The notes under the pieces were generated by a model. The model saw only the letters and a list, made by a program, of their open reading frames with translations, had not been told where the DNA came from and did not search any database. A stretch of 52,096 nucleotides of DNA from a virus. Its lineage: Duplodnaviria > Caudoviricetes. Numbering within the stretch: the first letter of the stretch is position 1; the number at the start of each line of letters is the position of its first letter. Of the stretch, positions 46,987 through 52,096 are shown piece by piece. Position numbers and translations under genes: made by a program. The stretch lies in IMG/VR virus record IMGVR_UViG_3300025168_000009, positions 1 to 52,096 of that record; one strand, 5' to 3'.

Positions 46987-47129
46987 TATCTTAATCCCCT
47001 TCCGCCACGCCTACGGCCTTTGTCACTTTTACCTCTTCGCTTTCTCATTTCAATTACATTAAGTTTTGAAGGCATAGTATAAACTTCTTCTGCATTTATA
47101 AGTGCTATTAATATTATTGTCTTTATCAT
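46986..47129 (-). CDS. Small protein with hydrophobic N-terminus and Arg/Gly-rich tail (47 aa)
   Basis: ATGA coupling to TerL; MIKTIILIAL...RKRRGKSDKGRRRGGRGLR. Confidence 0.6.
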   Translation of the reverse strand: MIKTIILIALINAEEVYTMPSKLNVIEMRKRRGKSDKGRRRGGRGLR

Positions 47130-48679
47130 GCTGTTATCCAACTTTTTGCTTGTGGTTTTTGCTTATACCATCCATCTTTATTTTCATGCATTCCTTGTGG
47201 AGGATGAGCATATTTACATGCATATGCTAAAGCATCTATAGTATCATCATGAGCCATTCGTGGCCCAAATGTCATTATTTCTCTGTGTAAATCATATTGA
47301 GTTTTCTTTATATGAACCTGTCCTACAGAAAATCTTTGAGCTAATATTTCTTGGATTCTATCTCTCTTACTCATTCTGTTTCCAGGCTTCTCTTCTTTAA
47401 ATGGTATAATAAACTCGTTTCTTCTTCTCATTTCAGCTCTTATAGCTTGAAATATTGGCTTTGACATTGATGTATCTTCAATTGTAAACAATGTTGGCTT
47501 ATAAAATTTAGCATACTCAAATATATAATCTACAATACCTTTTTGTTGAGTTCCAGGTATTCCCAATACAGGTAATGTACGATTTCTAATGTAATCTAAA
47601 ATATATATATTATTGTCAGGAGTAACTGCTACAGCCAATAAAACGCTATAATCAGAGTTTCTTCGTGCTGAATCAGTTGCTGGATCTACACCTATAAATA
47701 TATTGCAAGGTTTAGAATCTTCTCCATCAGGAATAACATATGTAAGTCCAGTATCTGCATCTTTAACAAACTTGCCATCCCAATACTTTATATGATCTCT
47801 ACTAAATATAGAATCTTCTTCACTTTGAACTTCCATCATGTATTCTTGATAAAACTTTTGAGGAGTACCACTATCTGCATAGAACTTTTTCTTACGTGCC
47901 ATTTCTTTATGACCAAACCAAGAAGGCCATAATACTTGATCATCTTCCATTAAAGCTTTATATGTAATAACTTTCCATGAATAGTCTTCTTTTCTTTTTA
48001 CAGCCTGCTCATGACCAGTTAGAATTTTTTGTATAAAGCTATCATAGTGAACTGGAGTACCATTAATTCTTAATCTTCCTGTTTTTGGCTCTAACGCAGG
48101 GAAAACTACAGCAGTAACAAGATTAGAAATCTTAGAACGACTTTCAGGGGTAATAGTATTGTTTTCGTCTTCAAAATCATCTAATACAATAAGATCATAT
48201 CTTTTATGCAATTTAGCACCACCACGAATACCAGATAAATTAGACTTACTAATAAGCTTAGTACCGTTTTTAAGCTCAATATCATCTTCTGTCCATTTCT
48301 TGCCTTTTATATCACCAAAATAATATTTAATTTTATCATTATATTCTATATGATACTTTATATAATCTAAATTTGGAACTGAAATTTTAGAGCTTGCAGC
48401 AACCCATCCGTAAAATAATGGTTCATTTGTAAATAAGAAGTCATGCAGTATATTGCATTTAGTAAGAACAGTTTTACCGTGACCCCTTGGCAAAATAACT
48501 GCAAGCTGTCTATAATCCATCTCAGCTAAAGCATCTGCTACTTCATAATGAAAAAAAGGTGTTTCAGAACGCATAAAGTCATCAGGCAAAAACAATTTAC
48601 CAAATGCAATTAAATCATTGTGAGCTAGCCTTAATTCATCTTCAACTTTAGAAACGTTTTGAGTATTGTAATTAGCCAA
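47126..48679 (-). CDS. terL: Terminase large subunit
   Basis: PRGHGKT Walker A, LIVLDDFE Walker B, GVDPA and HDDTIDALAY nuclease motifs. Confidence 0.96.
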   Translation of the reverse strand: MANYNTQNVSKVEDELRLAHNDLIAFGKLFLPDDFMRSETPFFHYEVADALAEMDYRQLAVILPRGHGKTVLTKCNILHDFLFTNEPLFYGWVAASSKISVPNLDYIKYHIEYNDKIKYYFGDIKGKKWTEDDIELKNGTKLISKSNLSGIRGGAKLHKRYDLIVLDDFEDENNTITPESRSKISNLVTAVVFPALEPKTGRLRINGTPVHYDSFIQKILTGHEQAVKRKEDYSWKVITYKALMEDDQVLWPSWFGHKEMARKKKFYADSGTPQKFYQEYMMEVQSEEDSIFSRDHIKYWDGKFVKDADTGLTYVIPDGEDSKPCNIFIGVDPATDSARRNSDYSVLLAVAVTPDNNIYILDYIRNRTLPVLGIPGTQQKGIVDYIFEYAKFYKPTLFTIEDTSMSKPIFQAIRAEMRRRNEFIIPFKEEKPGNRMSKRDRIQEILAQRFSVGQVHIKKTQYDLHREIMTFGPRMAHDDTIDALAYACKYAHPPQGMHENKDGWYKQKPQAKSWITA

Positions 48680-48905
48680 AGTCTTTAGTTATACCAATTT
48701 TTAAATCTTGCTTTCTATTACCCATATATTGATTAATGCCTGCATCAAAATTAAAGCCGCCACCTAGGTTAAATCCTAAATTAATACTTGCATCTTTAAT
48801 TATACTAGGATTTATCCTGCCTTGTCGAAGGCCATCTAGCAAAGTACTTCCTACGATATTATAAAGATTATGGTCAATACTTATATTGCCTTTTTTATTA
48901 GCCAT
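48672..48905 (-). CDS. Hypothetical protein
   Basis: 77 aa, in operon. Confidence 0.65.
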   Translation of the reverse strand: MANKKGNISIDHNLYNIVGSTLLDGLRQGRINPSIIKDASINLGFNLGGGFNFDAGINQYMGNRKQDLKIGITKDFG

Positions 48906-48906
48906 A

Positions 48907-49359
48907 TTATTTTCTAAACTCCATATTTTTCATTGTATATTCTTCTATAGGTCTTGGAACATCACTACCAATTATATCACGAACATCTTCTAATCTTCCT
49001 GTATGTTTTCTTAATAAATTTTCCAATAAACCAGAGCTTTCTATAGTAGCATATTCGTCAGGATCCATTTTTTCAACAGCTCCTTCAGTTTCTCTTGTTT
49101 CTCTAAATTTACGAGCTCGTTCCATAACAAGATCAGGTTTTAAATTTTTTAACCAATTATTAAAATCTAGTTTGCCTTTATGAGGATCTTGCCTATAAGC
49201 ACTGTCTAAAGTGTTCATAAGAGTATCTTTATATTTTGATTGCTGCTTAGGAGTCATATCCATTTCATACTCTGAATAAGCTATAGCTCCTCCATCAATG
49301 TTTTTATCTGGATCTGCCTCATTCATTGAGTCAAATGCATAGTTATCATAATTTGCCAT
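48907..49359 (-). CDS. Hypothetical protein
   Basis: AAGGA RBS, 150 aa. Confidence 0.7.
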   Translation of the reverse strand: MANYDNYAFDSMNEADPDKNIDGGAIAYSEYEMDMTPKQQSKYKDTLMNTLDSAYRQDPHKGKLDFNNWLKNLKPDLVMERARKFRETRETEGAVEKMDPDEYATIESSGLLENLLRKHTGRLEDVRDIIGSDVPRPIEEYTMKNMEFRK

Positions 49360-49456
49360 TTTTCTTTTCCTTTATCCATTTAGGTTGTTTAAAGTATTCT
49401 CTAATTTTTTGTGCAAATTTCTTTGCTCTTTTAATATCTTTATCCGATAGCTTCAT
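49346..49456 (-). CDS. Small basic peptide (36 aa)
   Basis: MKLSDKDIKRAKKFAQKIREYFKQPKW...; fills the gap, overlaps both neighbours. Confidence 0.45.
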   Translation of the reverse strand: MKLSDKDIKRAKKFAQKIREYFKQPKWIKEKKNGKL

Positions 49457-50096
49457 TCATTACATTTTTATCTGGAAAAAAGAAACTAGTATCGTTGTTT
49501 TTAACTTGAGATTTTTTCCATTGCTCTGCATTAACTTTTTTCTCTTTATATCTTTCTTTCCAAAAATTTAAGTAATTTTTAGCTAAATTTTTATTATCCT
49601 GCACAGTAGGAGGCCCAATAATATCCATTTCTTTTTTTTGACTATCTGAAAGCCCTAAGTTATCAAAAATATTAGACCTAGTAGATACGTTTCCAAATCT
49701 ACCACTCTTTGTAGCGCTAATTATATCTAACATACCATTCCTTCCTTGCTGATGAGCTATATAATCAACTAACCCTTTTTCATCTCCATCATTATCTATG
49801 CCAAGACTCTTTAATATTCTAGACGATTTAGGCATATCTTTAGTATTTTTTTTATTTAATTTTATCGCTGCACGAGCACTTTTTTCTAAATCATAAGCAT
49901 CACTTAAGTTAAAGCCTACATCTTTTGCTGCCAAAGTTCCAAATTGAAAATGACCTATATAAGCTCCTTTATCCCAGTTAGGGTCTGTTCCACGTGAGGA
50001 TTCAATAGTCCATAGGTTAATTAATTTATCAAAATCATAAGACTCTTCTTCAGCAACTCTTTTTAATATACTGTAATCGCTTTCCTTTGAAGCCAT
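49440..50096 (-). CDS. Lysozyme-like / lytic transglycosylase
   Basis: WTIESS catalytic Glu, GHFQF, YIAHQQG motifs. Confidence 0.8.
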   Translation of the reverse strand: MASKESDYSILKRVAEEESYDFDKLINLWTIESSRGTDPNWDKGAYIGHFQFGTLAAKDVGFNLSDAYDLEKSARAAIKLNKKNTKDMPKSSRILKSLGIDNDGDEKGLVDYIAHQQGRNGMLDIISATKSGRFGNVSTRSNIFDNLGLSDSQKKEMDIIGPPTVQDNKNLAKNYLNFWKERYKEKKVNAEQWKKSQVKNNDTSFFFPDKNVMNEAIG

Positions 50097-50097
50097 A

Positions 50098-50205
50098 CTA
50101 AAAACTCCTATATATATGTAAAGCTATACTAATGTAAGCAAGCCACTTCCAAAACTTTAACTGCTTTGCTTCATAAACTATAGCTTCTATTAAAACAGAC
50201 CTCAT
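50098..50205 (-). CDS. Small membrane peptide (35 aa)
   Basis: ATGA coupling; FWKWLAYISIALHIY. Confidence 0.5.
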   Translation of the reverse strand: MRSVLIEAIVYEAKQLKFWKWLAYISIALHIYRSF

Positions 50206-50306
50206 TCTTCTTCTATCCACTTATCTTCTATATAAAGGTCTATATCATCTTTAATTTCGTCTATAAGCCAATCTTCTATAAGTCTATCAACTATATCTAC
50301 TTGCAT
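50202..50306 (-). CDS. Small very acidic peptide (34 aa)
   Basis: MQVDIVDRLIEDWLIDEIKDDIDLYIEDKWIEEE; overlaps both neighbours. Confidence 0.5.
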   Translation of the reverse strand: MQVDIVDRLIEDWLIDEIKDDIDLYIEDKWIEEE

Positions 50307-50545
50307 CTACACTTCCATTTGCGTAAAGACTTGTTAATTCTAGAATCAGGGTTATTAGCCGTCTTACTGCTAGTTAGTTTACTTTTCATGCCACACATTC
50401 TAGCACAAAAAGATCTTTTTCTAGATCCTCCTCCTGGCTGTGGAGGCTTCAAGGTACCTTTTTTATAACTAGCTCTACCTTTAGCATTTAAACCTCCACT
50501 AGGACTTTTACCTTCTTTTCTTTGCCATGCTGGCGTTTTAGCCAT
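50297..50545 (-). CDS. DUF6321-like conserved basic phage protein
   Basis: WQRKEGK.PSGGLNAKGRASY...SFCARM...SRINKSLRKW.C. Confidence 0.8.
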   Translation of the reverse strand: MAKTPAWQRKEGKSPSGGLNAKGRASYKKGTLKPPQPGGGSRKRSFCARMCGMKSKLTSSKTANNPDSRINKSLRKWKCRCK

Positions 50546-50547
50546 TT

Positions 50548-50622
50548 TTAGTAACCATGCTTTTTAGGCTTTGTCTTTGCGGGCATTTTCTTCTTTGCTG
50601 GTTTTTTTGGTGCTTTCTTCAT
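50548..50622 (-). CDS. Lys/Pro-rich micropeptide (24 aa)
   Basis: AAGGAG RBS; MKKAPKKPAKKKMPAKTKPKKHGY. Confidence 0.55.
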   Translation of the reverse strand: MKKAPKKPAKKKMPAKTKPKKHGY

Positions 50623-50631
50623 AACTACTCC

Positions 50632-51384
50632 TTATATAGGCTCATCGCCATGTGTTTGTTGTATTGATTTAGGCCTTTCTGCGGCCTCTATCTTATCTGG
50701 AGTAAATCCTTGAAACATAGCTCCAGTAAGTGTTGTTACTTGCGTTTTGTTCTTATCTTCCATATCTAAAATATCCGCTAACTTAAACAAAGCTTTTAAC
50801 TTTGTATCCTCCTTTTCGCTAGAGTCAATTACCTCCTTTATATTACTGAGAACATAGTTCTCATCTAATCCTAAGGCTTCCATATATGGCTTTAATTCTT
50901 CTTTCATAGCACTCCTTATCCTTGCAGTTTTGACAAGCTGTCCTGAACGTATTCCAGCATAGTGCGGATTGTTTGTAGGAAACGCTTTAATATACGCTTC
51001 CCTGTGATCCATACCACTTGCAAGATATTGGACAAATATCTCTTCACGTGTGGATAAATTTTCTCTATCATCCAACCTTTGATTTCTTTCAATGTCACCT
51101 CCAATTGAGTATATGTTTGTTCTTTTAGATGTATCCATCTTTGTATTAGTTGATACTACAAAGGTACCAGTACATGTACCTACATAGTCTACTTTACGCA
51201 CCTTTCCTTTAGGCTTAGTCATACTACCTTTACGTAAAATTTGCACCACACAGCCATCATCTGCAAGTACCCAATCAGAGAGGACGCACTCCCGCCACTC
51301 CCGCAAATAATGTATATTTGAAGGTACTTCATCTTCAGAATCAAAAACCGTATGTTGTATTTTATTAACTTTATAATGTCTCAT
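50632..51384 (-). CDS. Terminase small subunit-like protein with an extra N-terminal domain
   Basis: LSTREEIFVQYLASG....EAY..AF HTH; KLKAL..LA.IL; upstream of TerL. Confidence 0.7.
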   Translation of the reverse strand: MRHYKVNKIQHTVFDSEDEVPSNIHYLREWRECVLSDWVLADDGCVVQILRKGSMTKPKGKVRKVDYVGTCTGTFVVSTNTKMDTSKRTNIYSIGGDIERNQRLDDRENLSTREEIFVQYLASGMDHREAYIKAFPTNNPHYAGIRSGQLVKTARIRSAMKEELKPYMEALGLDENYVLSNIKEVIDSSEKEDTKLKALFKLADILDMEDKNKTQVTTLTGAMFQGFTPDKIEAAERPKSIQQTHGDEPI

Positions 51385-51420
51385 TCACACTCTCCGAACC
51401 CCGCCAAGGGGTTTGGTTTA

Positions 51421-51579
51421 TTAAGCAATTCCAAGTATCTCACAATCCTCTAAATAAGGTAATAATTCTACAGGCAACTCAATAACATGTTCACCTGTAT
51501 CTAACCAAACACGATCCTCTCCAGTCTCATCATAGTCTTCACAATCATAATCTATGACTAATTTATATTCTTTCTTCAT
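51421..51579 (-). CDS. Small acidic protein, first late gene (start revised)
   Basis: GGAGG RBS before ATG 51579. Confidence 0.65.
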   Translation of the reverse strand: MKKEYKLVIDYDCEDYDETGEDRVWLDTGEHVIELPVELLPYLEDCEILGIA

Positions 51580-51824
51580 AACAGCCTCCACTTTAAGATA
51601 GAGAAATCCCCTGAGCACCAGAGGTACTTTTTGGATCTTTAACTCAAAATTTCATTTAAGACCAGTTATTTTCTCCCATATCTTAAACTTATACTTGAGC
51701 AATTTTTATCGGTTATCGGGGGAATCCTTACATCTATATGATGAGGCAACCCAACGTCTGACCCATTTAGCAGAACCTTCACAGGGGTACTATCTGGGTG
51801 ATAGCATAATGCTACCGATGAGTT

Positions 51825-51852
51825 AATATACCATGCTTAAAGCTAATGACAA
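51825..51852 (-). promoter_or_regulatory. Sigma70-type promoter for the late arm
   Basis: On the - strand, TTGTCA-16-TATATT with an extended -10 TG. Confidence 0.5.
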
Positions 51853-51941
51853 AACTATTTTGGGTAAAATGAAAAAGGTTTCAAAAAATGTAGGATTTTG
51901 GTATGTGGGGTTATTTATATAGGTATACCCCTAAATAGGGT

Positions 51942-51997
51942 TTTTAGTTAACACTTTTTAGTTATTTTTGATTTGATATTTTAGTTGAGATTTTAGT
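51942..51997 (+). repeat. Four TTTTAGT direct repeats in the divergent control region
   Basis: Copies at 51942, 51956, 51979 and 51991. Confidence 0.55.
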
Positions 51998-52096
51998 ATT
52001 AATAATTAAATAAATGGAGATATAAATGATATACTTAGAAGATGTAAAAGATGAGGTGAATGCAATGTCTGTAGTACCAGAGTTAGAAGTACAAGC
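51970..52096. repeat. Direct terminal overlap (copy 2)
   Basis: Identical to 1-127. Confidence 0.95.

Noticed and set aside
13071-51579. Stop-codon reassignment as in some crAss-like phages
   Set aside because: Genes are long and intact in the standard code; TAA, TAG and TGA all end genes; no suppressor tRNA
1-52096. Integrase/repressor, reverse transcriptase/DGR, introns or inteins
   Set aside because: No such motifs seen; TerL, helicase, portal and MCP are uninterrupted and of ordinary length

Overview
This window is almost certainly a complete, AT-rich dsDNA tailed-phage genome. Bases 1-127 are repeated at 51970-52096, so the circular unit is about 51,969 bp. It has two arms. The + strand early/replication arm (57-13035) carries a tRNA-Met(CAT), a packed array of structured and partly tRNA-like RNAs, an HNH nuclease, small membrane or secreted proteins, an ERF annealing protein, an SSB-like protein, an AEP primase-helicase fusion, DUF932, DUF1599 and a Holliday-junction resolvase. 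The - strand late arm (51579-13071) carries TerS, a lysozyme-like enzyme, TerL, a P22-like portal, scaffold, major capsid, adaptors, tail fibres, a metallophosphoesterase, holin-like genes, a nozzle and four large internal/ejection proteins. The layout is podovirus-like, and no DNA polymerase, integrase or repressor is recognisable. Two things stand out. First, the 2992-aa ejection protein carries both halves of a two-barrel RNA polymerase active site (DG...K...KG and DNDGD). It looks like a crAss-type virion RNAP, but in a genome about half the usual crAss size and with strong Shine-Dalgarno sites. Second, the tRNA is followed back-to-back by five self-closing RNA modules (610-1164), three of them tRNA-like cloverleaves with non-canonical anticodon arms, directly upstream of the HNH gene. 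All family calls come from motif recognition by eye; no searches were run.
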